Positions 29,841 to 42,346 of a DNA stretch of 64,000 bases are shown here, in pieces. Positions within the stretch are counted from its first letter, which is position 1, and every line of letters starts with the position of its first letter. The position numbers and the translations under genes are program-made. This stretch comes from Trichinella spiralis (Eukaryota): positions 9,740,605 through 9,804,604 of the forward strand of contig NW_003526941.1 in NCBI RefSeq assembly GCF_000181795.1. The letters run 5' to 3'. The notes beneath the pieces were generated by a model that was given only the letters and a program-made list of their open reading frames with translations, was not told where the DNA came from and ran no database searches.

Positions 29841-31866
29841 TAGATCTCGGATTTTTAGCCTCTAAGAAAACTTTGAAATATGCAGGCATAAAGGCAAAAT
29901 AAAATAACAAAAAAAGCAGTAAAAAGGCATTTATTTATAAAAAAGCAAAAAAGGCAAATATTTGTTTTGCCTAAATATGGTGAAAATGGTGCATATATTC
30001 CATTAAATGGTTAATTTTGTCTGGTTGCGTATAATTACAAGCATTTTTTTCAAGTTATTTGGTGTTATGCTATGTCGTCTGCCTGAAAGAATATACTTTA
30101 ACTGCGAAGAACTTCTTTCTACTTCAGCTGAGGTCACTGGTGCATATTTGAAGCAAACCGCAGACTTAATATTCATGCCAATAAGCTGTGCATTGGATTT
30201 TCCCTTGAAGAATTCTGCTATGCTTTGTATTTCTTTAGGATCTTTGTTAGCTTAAATCAGTTTATCGCATTTTCTTTGTATGTCTTTACCTACTTTGCAT
30301 GGAATTTTATAAATATCATCGATTACTTTGTCGAAAACTCGCAACTTATCCACTAATGTTTCGCTAGGACGTTTCTCAAGGAAAGTGATGGCTTGTACGA
30401 AATTTTCAATATTGGAGGCAATAAATACGAGATCACAGAGGATAGACTCTTTCTGCATGATTTCACGGACTATTTTCACTGCAGCAGATTCTTCTTCTTA
30501 TTCAAAACAGCCGATGATTTCTTGTATCTTTGTAAAATTCACCGCATAGTAGAAAACAGCAGATCCCACCTAGTCAAAGGTAGGGCTGAGAAGGTAGCGG
30601 AATCTCAGGTGCCATTGCTTTGAACAACTGTACACGTGACGGTGCTTTGAGGAAAAGTTTTTTCACATTGGAAATTAGGCGATCAACATCTGGATACAAA
30701 CAGCGTATGTGTTCGGCAATTCTATGCAGCCCATTGGCTAAGCATGTCAAATGCAACATATTGGGAAATAAAACTTTAAGAGCATCAGCAGCTTTTTTCA
30801 TATACGGTACTGCATCAGTAACAAACAGAAGGACATTTTCATATCGTATGCCTTCTGGCCACAATACAGCAAGTGAAGATGTAAACAGTTAAGCAATTAT
30901 TGAACTGTTTGATTTTTCCAATACTTCTGATTCCTTTGATAGTTGATCGGTTTCCAGTGTACCAATGACCACATTGGTAACAAATCTTCTCACAGGATCG
31001 ATCATCTCGTTTATTGAAACCCACGTTTTGTTGTATGCAACTTTTCGTCTAATTCTATCCATAACATTGTTGAAATTCTTGTCAATATAATTTTTTCGCA
31101 ACGATGATTCACTTGGTATATGTTGCTTCGTGTATTTCTCTAAAAAGCCTCTAAGAGACTTGTTTTCCAATTTCCATAGTGGAATTCCAGCATCAATGAA
31201 TGCCATGCATAGGTCTGTCGGAAACTGAGATTTGCTACTGGAATCGGCAACAAACGTACTAAGCAGACAAACAATTGCTTACTCTCTGTCTTCATTTTCT
31301 CTGTCGCTGATTTGTGCTTAGTCGTTTGATATACTGATAGACAAAATACTTTTTTTATGATTGATTGTCTTGCCACACGCTTTACAAAATAGCACGGTGT
31401 TATCTGTAGACAGTATGTCACTTCCATACTCTTTCACCAAATCGATCAGTTTTTTAGAAGGCTTTGATTTGACTTTGGCCATTTTGAAGCTTGCGGAAGT
31501 AGTATATCTTAGGTAGGAACGACACAGCAAGCAAAGCGAAACGTGAGTGAAGGAACAGTCGACGGATTGCGGAAATTTAAAATATACACGTCATTCTCAC
31601 AACATACATACAGAGACTAACTAAACTTCCTTCTTTTCTGGCCTGCCTACTACATAATCTGATCTAACTTGTTTCTGCAACTCGTTCTCTACTAGATTTC
31701 TTCGTGATACATAACACTGGGCAAAGTTGACTTTTGCAGTGAATTATAAAAAAAGCTATGTCAATGTAAAATTATCAGAAAAGCATAAAAAGGCAATATC
31801 ATGGAAAAATCATCAAAAAAGGCAGAAAAAGACATTTATGGCATTTATGGCAAAATCCGGGGTCTA
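29841..31866 (-). mobile_element. Full-length degenerate hAT DNA transposon (CGGBP1-like transposase, frameshifted)
   Basis: 8-bp TSD CTGATTAT (29833-29840, 31867-31874). TIRs TAGATCTCGGATTTT / AAAATCCGGGGTCTA. Fragmented ORF ~31482-30040 with BED-like finger (LFCKACGK), GIPLWKLENKSLRGFLEKY, LFVTDAVPYM and HLTCLANGLH. Confidence 0.88.
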
Positions 31867-33147
31867 CTGATTATCATCGTCGGCAGGCTTAGAGCATATA
31901 TCGATATTTCATTTACTGCCCTAACTTTCATTCTTATTGTTGAGGGTTTACTGCCTTGCTCACACAATGAATTCATTTGAGAAAGCGTCTGTCTGTAGTA
32001 TTGTAAAAATTCCAGACCACCAATATCCTTGTCTGAATTTGTGCCTTGTGCATTTCAATAGCATATGCAAATAAAATATTTGGTGCAGTATCCACTGACA
32101 TCACATTGTATGGATAATCTGTGAAAATTTTCTCAGATGTAGCGTATCTGATGCATGCATTGAATTGAAAATACTTTTGGCTGGCTTAGGGGGAATTTAA
32201 CTGCAGCTCATGTTTGTTGGTCTAGTGAAATTTCATAAAATAGTGCGTGATGAATTTCCACCTGACTCCTGAAAATCGCTGCACAGCTTTCTTCATTGTC
32301 AAATTAGTTGACAAGGCTAGCTCCGTTGCTATCGGAAAACGTCATTGCGTGTTGAATTTTGAAAACAACGAATGACCCCGGTAAGCAAATTTATTTAACA
32401 TCTCTTTGTTTAGTTATGTCTTCTTTAGGCTGTTCATTTGTTGCTTCTGTATTTTTGTAGAATGATGCGACTAATAGTAATGATTCAGTCGGCCCTCAAT
32501 ATTCGCAAATTTCAAAACCTCCAAAAATATAAATCCTATTCTTAGACCCTAGTGTGTGTATGTATTTCTGGATCTGCAGGTTCAGTGCAAGGTTGATTCC
32601 GCTTATGATGTTCCACACCATAACAGTAGTGATAGCGAATTAACCAAATTATGAGGCTAAATAACCGCTACTAGTGCTAAGATGAAAAAGATAAAAACAT
32701 TGGGGGGGGGGGAACGGACAGGAGGTGCTGCAGACGGGAGTTTGGCTTACGGCAGCATTGGTCCCATGATTGCAGAATCTTGGCAATCGATCCGGACATG
32801 TTTGGAGCCCTTTAGAAATCCTAAAGTTGTGTTAAGCAAAATACAAGTGAAACATCTTATTGTTATATCACTGTTTATATTTTCTCAAATGCACTTTGAT
32901 TTTTCAATGTAATGCCCTTAGTAACATCATTTCATATTCTCCATAGCAATCATCGTCAGTCACTTAAGTAAGTTTAACTGCAAATGAATGATATGCACAA
33001 GCATGCATTTAAATAAATAACAACGTTTATAATGGGAATTCTGCAAGACTTTAACAAATTTTTAAAAAATATTAGCAAAATTTTATTGGAATTTTGGTCA
33101 TTTAATGTAGTCAACAACAAAGCACTTGAAATGAACTCTTGCTCGCT

Positions 33148-36100
33148 TCATGCGCAGTTTTCTACATTCTGACCAATTACATTGAAATGACCAAAAATGG
33201 TAGCGTCATCGATGCACACGGCAATTGCTGGCTCTTTTGTTTGGCTTTTCTAAAAAAAGCATTTTGTTATACGACTAGTTCTAATAATTTCATATTTACA
33301 TGGTATGGTTTGTCGACAGCACAAAATTTGTTTCCAGGATCACTAATTAACCACTGAGAGGCATCAGTTTCAAGAGAACTTGCGTGGCCACCGATAGTAA
33401 TAGGACTCGTTACTAATTTTATATTTCTGCTCAAAATCCGACAATCACTTTTCAATGTTTTATCTCTTGTTGTCCAAACTTTGATGCTTGTCTTTAATTT
33501 CTTCACAAGTACTCTTCGGTAAATCTCTGTAATTAGTTTTTTTTGATAGTTACATTAAATTCAGAGCAAATTGCAATAAGAGATGTGCTATTTATTCATT
33601 CAAATGCATATGATGAAATTATTTTAAAAATACACGCCTTTCAACTGTAAAAATGCATTCTATTCATTGCGTCGAGTGTAATAGCGTTTTTCAAAATCAT
33701 TCAATATTTCTGTAAAAAAAATCCTGCATTTTATTTTCACCGTATAACGGGTTTCTCTGAATGAAATTATTAGTATAACTATAATTTCAACAAACTTATT
33801 TCTGTCTGTTGCATATACTACTACTGTAAAATAAAAAATGAATTATGTAAGCAGATTTATTTTATCAGAGCAAAATTTTGCCAGACGTTTCTTCTGAAAA
33901 TTTAGCAGTAACACATGTGACTTACCATATTTTGATTTCTCACTTTTACTATATATTGTCACTTTCAATCCTGCAGCAGCTGCCGTTGAAATTTGCCGTG
34001 TCACTGTTAGCGGTGGTGTTAATCTTGATTCACCATTAACCAATTTTTTCAAATTTGGTCGAGCTGGATCATCTGGTATATCATTGTGATATATCAGTGG
34101 AGTTGCAATTCTCAAGGCCATCGCTGGAAATTGCATGCATTTTATTATATTTAATTATTATTCAGATATATTTGCTTCATATTCTTTTTCTGCATGAAAT
34201 GTTAAGCATCTTCTAAATAGTTCTGCGTAAATGTAATCTTTTTCATGCAAATAAATTTACCAATTGCATCAATTTCACTTCCCTTAATTGTCAAACAGAT
34301 AAACAAATGTCCTTTTTGAATTTCTTCAGGTGGAAATAAGTATCCTCTTAACGCTTTCGGGAATCCTGGTACTGTGTGAACAATCCATGCAGCTGCATCT
34401 GCAACCTGTGGATTCATCATCAACACTCCTGATAAAAATGATAATTATATAATTTTTCATTTTCTGTGCATGCGTGATTTTTTTACCTTTGCTGTTTGAT
34501 TTTGTTTTTGGTTTAGGAATATCTGGTGGAACATTGTTGTATGCAATAAATTTGTTTGTTGGTTCTGCAGCAATAACATGTTCAAGTGCTTTACCAAATG
34601 AATGGCCACCAACCCCAGTAACAGCTGCAGTATCTTGCCACGCTCCCGCATTTCCTTGAATAAATGCCTTTCCAATGTTTTTTCCAGGAGCTTTATACAT
34701 GATAGCCCTGTATAAGATCAGTCATTTTTATGTGAATTTTTCTATTAATAATATTATATTTAAATTCAGTGAAACTGTTTAGCGTGTTTACTGATATAAA
34801 GTAGCATAGAATAGCGTGTTTGTGTAACTTCTTCAGGAGTTTTATGTTAGCAACATCAACATTTTACAAAAGAAAATTACACTAATCTGCCGCAAAAGGC
34901 TCTCTTTAGTTTTCTATTGTGAAATAGCTAAATAAAGTAAACCGCAAAATAAACATACATATTATTATTACACAATATAGCCACAGGATATGATCGATTT
35001 TGTCTGTTAATATTCCTTCCGTTTATTTGTCACTTTTCAAAAATTAAATTTATCAAATTTAGGCATCCCTAAAATGCCTTCATAACAGAAGTATCTTCTG
35101 CAAATAAATAGTTCTTCATTTTCCTAATTTTTAATATCTATTTTTTCATCTTAATGCTTATATTTTTTGAGAAAAGAAGAACATTAAGTTTTAAATTTGT
35201 TTTTCCAAGCATAGCAGTAATGAAATTTTATTTTCTCAGCTTGTGCTGGGTGTAAATTTGGGTATTGTTGATGATGAGTTCACCAGCTGGCGTTTATTTG
35301 AATTGTGCATTCTCCTGCTGAACTGTTTCTTTTTATTTCTGATTTATTAGACATGTAATTTAAGTTTTTGAAATGAAGCACGTTTTTATTTGAATGTTGC
35401 ACAATAAAGCATGCACAATAAAGATTCTTCTTACAAATAGTATCTTTTCACTATTCAAAGATATGTAGAGATTTTTTAGAACGTTAACCGCAAATAAGTG
35501 AATAAACTGACTTACATCAGAACATATGCCTGAAAGCATAAAAGTTAATCCAGTTTGATAATTGATAGATAGCAATTGTATTCTGGCGGTTTGATCAGCA
35601 TCAGCTTCAGTTACAGTTATTTAGAGTGCTCAGCAACTAATGATTTTTGTTTTCACTTGTACATATGCTTTTTTTACAAAAAGTATTCAGCTCAAAAATT
35701 AAGTTGTTTTCTGTTAAAAAAGTTTATACGATGATTTTAGCCGCTTCAACAAATTATTACTGTACAAATATTACTAGCACGAATGCTTCTCATTTCTAGC
35801 GGGAGATAGTTGCATATCGTTAAAATTTTCAAGAAATTCCTAATGTGAATTTAGGTATGTGAACTTTAGACTGACAATGTAAATTAGAGTTATTTTTGTT
35901 TTGAGTGTATAGCACAATTATCATTTGTAAACAAGGAAGATGATATCACTTCCATAATATTCAACTACCTACTGATATGTAAATAATGAAAGCTACAAGA
36001 TTGAATAATTGCACATATACAAAGCAGATTTTTAACAATGTTCACTGTGTCTTCATTTCATCTGACTGCACTACCTGGATTTTTGCAAATACTTTATTTA

Positions 36101-36363
36101 GCCTTCAATTTATGAATGAAAAATTGAAGTTGAAAAATTTTCTTATAGTATATTCTGTTTTCAGTTTTTTATAAAATATAATTCGCTTATTATGTACAAA
36201 AGAATATTAGAATGAAAAGCAAAATGGTGTTCAGCTTTTAAAAATACAAATCTTTCACGTACCAATCAGCTTCAGCTCCACCAGCTAAATTTTGGCATTT
36301 AGATGTAGCAGTAGAAGGTTTTGGTAATGAGACGAATAAAATAAAAACACACCATAGATGCAT
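33148..36363 (-). CDS. Secreted DNase II-like protein, copy 4, ~338 aa, six exons, most divergent N-terminus
   Basis: Exons 36363-36263 (MHLWCVFILFVSLPKPSTATSKCQNLAGGAEAD-W), 34707-34487, 34428-34261, 34123-33926, 33526-33300, 33249-33148; GT-AG, open frame. Confidence 0.9.
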
Positions 36364-38162
36364 GTTGTGACTGATCATGATATTTCATTAATTAATCCAA
36401 TTTAACGAAATCACGATGTTGTTTATTATTTGCTTTTGTTTATGCAAGCAATATGTGCCGATGATTTGTTAAACTATATTTCGTAATAACAAACAAACAA
36501 TATTGATGTATTTGTATATCTCACAATATTTGATGCTGCTCAATCGTGATTTATTAAAAATGATTGCAATTTCAAGCCCAAACTACTATATTGTGATCAA
36601 GAAAAATAATATCAGCTTATCTGCCCAATGTCCAAATTCAAATGATGTGTCAATAATGTGAAATTGAAAAGTTTATCATTCTGATTTACATATGCAGAAA
36701 AAAACACTTCTTTAGCTTAAGACAGGCAGATATTTTGTTTTTTTCCATTATGAGGTTGCAACGCCTGGCAAGCTCAGCACCTTATCTCATCCGATAATTG
36801 CTTTTAAAGGTTTGCCTAAAGGTCATTTTTACTTCTGAATAAGTAGTTATACCTTGAGATCCGTCGTGTATCTGTTTCACAATGCACAAGACCCGCTGTA
36901 CAATAATGGAGTAGGTAGAAAGTGAAAAAACTCAGCTGGAAGAAAAGCCCGGCACGTTGCAAGGTTAAGAAATATGAACTTTTAATATTAATTAAATAGT
37001 TAAACTCTTTTGGTCTGAAATTTTGTTGTTGAATATTTGAATGTTGCTGTTGAATTTCTTATATTTGAATAAACTGAAAAGTTAACAACATAAAATATGG
37101 CATTCTAAGATTACTTTAGAATAGGAAATGAATACGGAATATCTAAAAGTATTATGAATCATTTTCAATACATTCTTTTTAACACTATTCAAACAACTGG
37201 CACTTTTGCTGTTTATTTTGCTGCAATGATTATCTTTAAAATAAACTGTCAGAATGAACATGAAAGCTTTTATCAGTCTACAAAAAGATTTGCTTTTCAT
37301 TATTTGAACACTTTATAGATAAAATACCATTTGAACAATAAAAGTAGTGAGAAGCAATGTGATAAAAATTGATTGCCTAAAATACTGAGATATCATTTTA
37401 ACAGAATTTATTTCAAGAAAAAATAGTCAAATATTTTGTTTACTGAAAACAAAGAATGGTGAAGAAAACCGTTCACATGTCAAAAACATGCGTTGTGATA
37501 AGATGCGAACTGATTTTTCAACGAAGTTAGAAATAAAATAATAAAAGAATTTAAAAATCTAAAAGAAATTAATTTTACAGAAGAAATATAATATGGAAAT
37601 ATCATTTTAGAAAAAGATATATATTTCCAGAAATAATTACATCAATTTTTTGTATAATTAAGACAGCAGATACTGAGAAAAAATGACGCATATGGATAAT
37701 ATCTGTTTAATTCAATCAAAAATAGTGCATAATAAGAATATCATTTCATTTGCAGAGGAAATGAGCAGCAACAAGTGGAAACATGCTTCTGAGAAACGAA
37801 AATTAATAGAAAATTCAATAATGTGTACTATACCTCTTTAGAAGAATTTCCAAATGACAAATTGATTGAGGTGTCCCTGGTATTGTTCAGAGTATACGCA
37901 AATCTGTTTCTTCATTCATTGCTGAAGTATACTAATTAGCACAGAATTGCTCATTACAGAAACGTTTCTTTGAAAATTGTGAATGAGATTTCGACTTAAT
38001 AAACTATTTAGAATACCAAGAAATTAAAATATGGTTCTTGTTGAACTCTTCATGCTAAAATACATTCTGTTAAATCTCACGTACATAGAGCAAATTTTAT
38101 TTCTGTTTAATTCAACTAAAGTTTTCAGACATGAAATGAGTTCCGTCATCAGTCTCGTGGCT

Positions 38163-39524
38163 TCATGCGCAATTTTCTACATTCTGACCAATTAGATTGA
38201 AATGACCAAAAATGGTGGCGTCATCGATGCACACGGCAATTGCTGGCTCTTTAGTTTGGCTTTTCTAAAAAAAACATTCTATTATACGACTGGTTCTAAT
38301 TATTTTATATTTACATGGTATGGCTTGTCAACAGCACAAAATTTGTTTCCAGGATCACTAATTAACCAGTGAGAGACATCACTTTCAAGAGAACTTGCAT
38401 GGTCACCAATTGTAATAGGACTCGTTACTAATTTTATACTTCTGCCCAAAATCCGACAATCACTTTTTAATGTATTATCTCTTGTTGTCCAAACTTTGAT
38501 GCTTGTCTTTAATTTTCTCACAAGTACTTTTCGGTAAATCTCTGTAAGAAGTTTATTGCAATTTGCATGAAATTCAGAGCAAGTTGCAATAAAAAACGTG
38601 CTATTTTATCAGTTCAAATACTTATGTTGAGTTATTCTCAGAAAGCACGCCTTACAATGGCAAACAGATTTATTTTACCAAAGCAAAATTCTGCCAGATG
38701 TTTGTTTTGGAAATTTAGCAGTAACACATGTGACTTACCATATTTTGATTTTTCACTTTTACTATATATTGTCACTTTTAATCCTGCAGCAGCTGCTGTT
38801 GAAATTTGCCGTGTCACTGTTAACGGTGGTGTTAATCTTGATTCACCATTAACCAATTTTTTCAGATTTGGTCGAGAATTTGTCTCAGCGTCTGGTATAT
38901 CATTGTGGTATATCAATGGAGTTGCAATTCTCAAGGCCATTGCTAGAAATTGCATGCATTTATTATACTTAATTATTATTCAAATATATTTGCTTCAAAT
39001 TCGTTTTCTGCATGAAATGTTAAGCATCATCCAAATAGTTCTGCGGGAATTTAATCTTTTTCATGCAAATAAATTTACCAATTGCATCAATTTCGCTTTC
39101 TTTAATTGTCAAACAGATAAACAAATGTCCTTTCTGAATTTCTTCAGGTGGAAGTACGTATCCTCTTAACGCTTTCGGGAATCCTGGTACTGTGTGAACA
39201 ATCCATGATGCTTCATCTGCGACCTGTGGATTCATCATCAACACTCCTGATAAAAATGATGATTATATAATTTTTCATTTTTTGTTTTAACATTTATTCT
39301 TGTTACCTTTGCTGTTTGATTTTGTCTTTACTTTAGGAATATCGGGTGGAATATTATTGTATGCAATAAATTTATTTGCATCATTTGCGGCAATGACGTG
39401 TTCTAGTGGTTTAGCAACTACATTTCCAGGAGACATGGTAAGATCCGGAGTATCTTGCCATCCCACAACCGCTGCAATCAATGCTTTTCCTATATTTCGT
39501 GCTGGAGCTTTGTACACAATAGCC
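38163..39524 (-). CDS. DNase II-like copy 5, exons 2-6 intact; exon 1 not adjacent (intron 1 interrupted by a transposon and an assembly gap)
   Basis: Exons 39524-39307, 39246-39079, 38942-38739, 38541-38315, 38264-38163. Intron 1 parallels that of copy 2 up to 40743. Confidence 0.85.
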
Positions 39525-40743
39525 CTATAGAAGATTAGCTAAGTAAATAAATTCTTTTGCAAATTGTTTTATAATTTTTATTGCATTATTAGCATTAATA
39601 ATAATTATTTATAAAATGTAATGTAGAAAATTTTTTCAGTAAATTCAGAAGATATAAAAATGCTAAAAACAGTGCCATCTTTTATAATTTTAACATATTT
39701 GAGTAGGCCCATGAGCAGCGGAAAAATGTATTTAACATATACCACCATTGTGTACTACTAGATTCCATATATTTGTACCACCCTCTGTTTATTTCTTTTT
39801 TATTTTCATCGGTATCCACCAAATGCGCATATAATGCAGATTAAATTAGTAACAAACCTCTATTTCTTTTCCTTATTACAGACATACACTGCATAACGCT
39901 CTTGGTTGAGTCAGAGAAAAAGAACGTTAAGTCAAACAGGGTTGTGCAGGTCGTTGAATCATGTATTTATATTACATCAGTTCAACCAAAAGCCAGAGTA
40001 TATAAATTCAGTTGAAATATTTATTAAAATGTTTGCATACTTTACTGTTCATATTAATCATTGTAATGATGAACCATTTATCTTAAACCATTGATGGAAT
40101 GTATGAAATAACTCGAGCAAAATGATGCAATAAAATCGTTTCAGTGTTGTTAAAAGTCCTTAGCTAAATTTCTGGCCTTAAGGAAAACAGTGTCCCGTGA
40201 CATGGTAAAAACAGCGTTTTAGCAAAACCGCGTTAGAGAGGTATGCCTGTATATATCTATTTCATAATTTTTGTTATGAAATTATGTATTTCTTCAACTG
40301 AAAACACATAATTAAAAGCAGCTCTTGTTTTAAAATGTGCACTAGTTTGCAGGTCAATGATAATGGCATTATAGTTTGTGCTAGTGAAATTCTTGACCCT
40401 GAATTCACATGCCAGTATTTGTTTGAATTTAATTTTGTTAATGAACTGCTTTCTGTCTTTATTTCATTCAAATTAAATGTAATTTCAATTTTTGAAATAA
40501 GATACTCTATGAATATGGCCCTTTTAATGTTTCTATGGCAATTGAATTTTGTAGCATTGTATATAGATTTCATATAAATAGTGAATCGCGTGTAAGAGTT
40601 CACAATGTACCAATCCTGAATACCGCCCATCCCTTACAGAGCATATCAAGCAAGTTCTTGTCATAAATAATGTATTTACGTCGTGCAAACATAGAAACTG
40701 ATTTTTTTAACTGTTGCAATTAATTAAATAAAACAATTATATA

Positions 40744-41452
40744 TGTTACGCTTAATGTTGGAAATTGCCTATTATTGATAATAGGCAAGCGTTTTGCCTA
40801 TTATTGATAATAGGCAACAGCTTTTGCCTCAACCGCACCTTGGCTCTGAGGATGCCTGGGTCTACCCGTGACAAGCTTCAGCTCTGGCCAACATGTTTTG
40901 AGTTCCGCAATTATGGCATTTGAAAATTCCCGACCGTTGTCGGATTGCAGAATGCTGGGAGCGCCGAACGTTAAAAAGATTTCGAGCAGCTTCGATGCCA
41001 CTTCTTCCGCCCGTTTTGACTTTAGCGGACTCAAAATGCAGAACTTCGTAAAGTGATTAAAGTATGTCATGATATATTTAAAATCACCATCTGGCATGGT
41101 TTGAAAATTTATCAAGTCCACTTGGGCTCGTGACATCAAATTTGTACTAACCAGTGGTTTAACAACTAGGCTTTTTGGAAGCTTTCTGGCCCTCTTCTTA
41201 TGGCATTCTTCACAAAACGTGAAAAGTAAATGGCAAGCTTCTTGTGTGACGTTCGCCCATTTATTCTGTGCTTCTCGAAATGTCTTTTTTTCTCCACCAT
41301 GACCAATCTTTTGATGAACATCATTGATAACATCAAACATTTCTTCAATAGAGGCGATGCATCTTATTACCTCATTCTTGCCCAGCGAATTAGTTTATTT
41401 TCTTCGCCGATTTTTAAGACTCCATACCGATTTATTTAATTTATAATCACGA
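40744..41452 (-). mobile_element. Ginger2/KRBA2-like integrase element, 3' end, with C-terminally truncated integrase
   Basis: Terminus TGTTACGC at 40744, inserted in a TA run. ORF has HHCC (H-QKIG-H...CEEC) and DDE residues (QVDL, QSDNG, QSQGAVE), then runs directly into subterminal repeats. Confidence 0.85.
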
Positions 41453-41462
41453 NNNNNNNNNN

Positions 41463-42346
41463 TTTATCGTTTATTAACTACAGTGAATTTTTTTCGGCCA
41501 AAATTGTATGCACTTATTCAATGTACGCGACTGTCGCTATGGAATGTACATAATGTAAATATTAGGACAAATAACCACTTGGAAGGTTGGCATAATCAGC
41601 TCAACAGAAAAGCGGCTAAAAGTCATAACGGGTTTTATGAACTGCTCGAGCTCCTGATAGAGGAACAGGGTGTTATAGACACCCTGATTCAACAGGTGCT
41701 ATCAGGAAACGTGACCGTTGGTGACTTAAGACGGGTAAACAGGGTTTATGCTCAAAAGCAACGACGGGTTGCACGATATACGAGTGAATACACCAACGGT
41801 AGACGTACGCTGGAGCAGTTCCTAGCAGCTTTAATGTATTTAACGCCGGAGCCGATTTAGTGCCGCCTTCCAAGTGGTGGCTTGTATTATATTTTTATTC
41901 TATTTTGTTGTGCTGTATTGTACTATATTATATTTGTATTGTATTGTATTATACTCGTATTTTATTTCATTGTATTGTATTATTCTTTTTCGTCGTTTCT
42001 ACTTTCTTAACATTGTTCACTATTATGTTGTTTATTGTTGTTGTTGTTGTTGACTGTTCTTTACTGTTGTTGTTGCTGCTCTTGACTAGTGAAAAATCAA
42101 AATCACTATTTAACTTATTTTTGTATTGTATCGTTTTTTCTGAATTATTACTATTGCATTTTATATAACGTCACTCTGGTACAATAAAATATAGAATAAT
42201 GATAAAAGTTATTATTGAAAACGTTGATCACTAAAAAGTATGAACTTCACTAATAATATATTGGAAAAACAAAATTTCAATGAATGATAAAACTTATAAA
42301 TCTTGATTGAAACAATTCCCAAATAAGGAATAATTTCATTATTAAT
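41463..42346 (+). mobile_element. MULE-type transposase C-terminal fragment and 3' region (also seen at 45352-45643)
   Basis: WNVHNVNIRTNNHLEGWHNQLN matches the MULE RTNN-x-x-EGWH motif. Its 3' region 42012-42346 recurs inverted at ~49460-49795. Confidence 0.75.

Noticed and set aside
38567..39169. 200-aa plus-strand ORF and similar ORFs opposite the DNase II exons
   Set aside because: Antisense to real exons and introns, and not conserved as open frames among paralogues.
41860..42168. Hydrophobic 102-aa ORF
   Set aside because: Translation of low-complexity TTG/TATTG sequence in the MULE 3' region.
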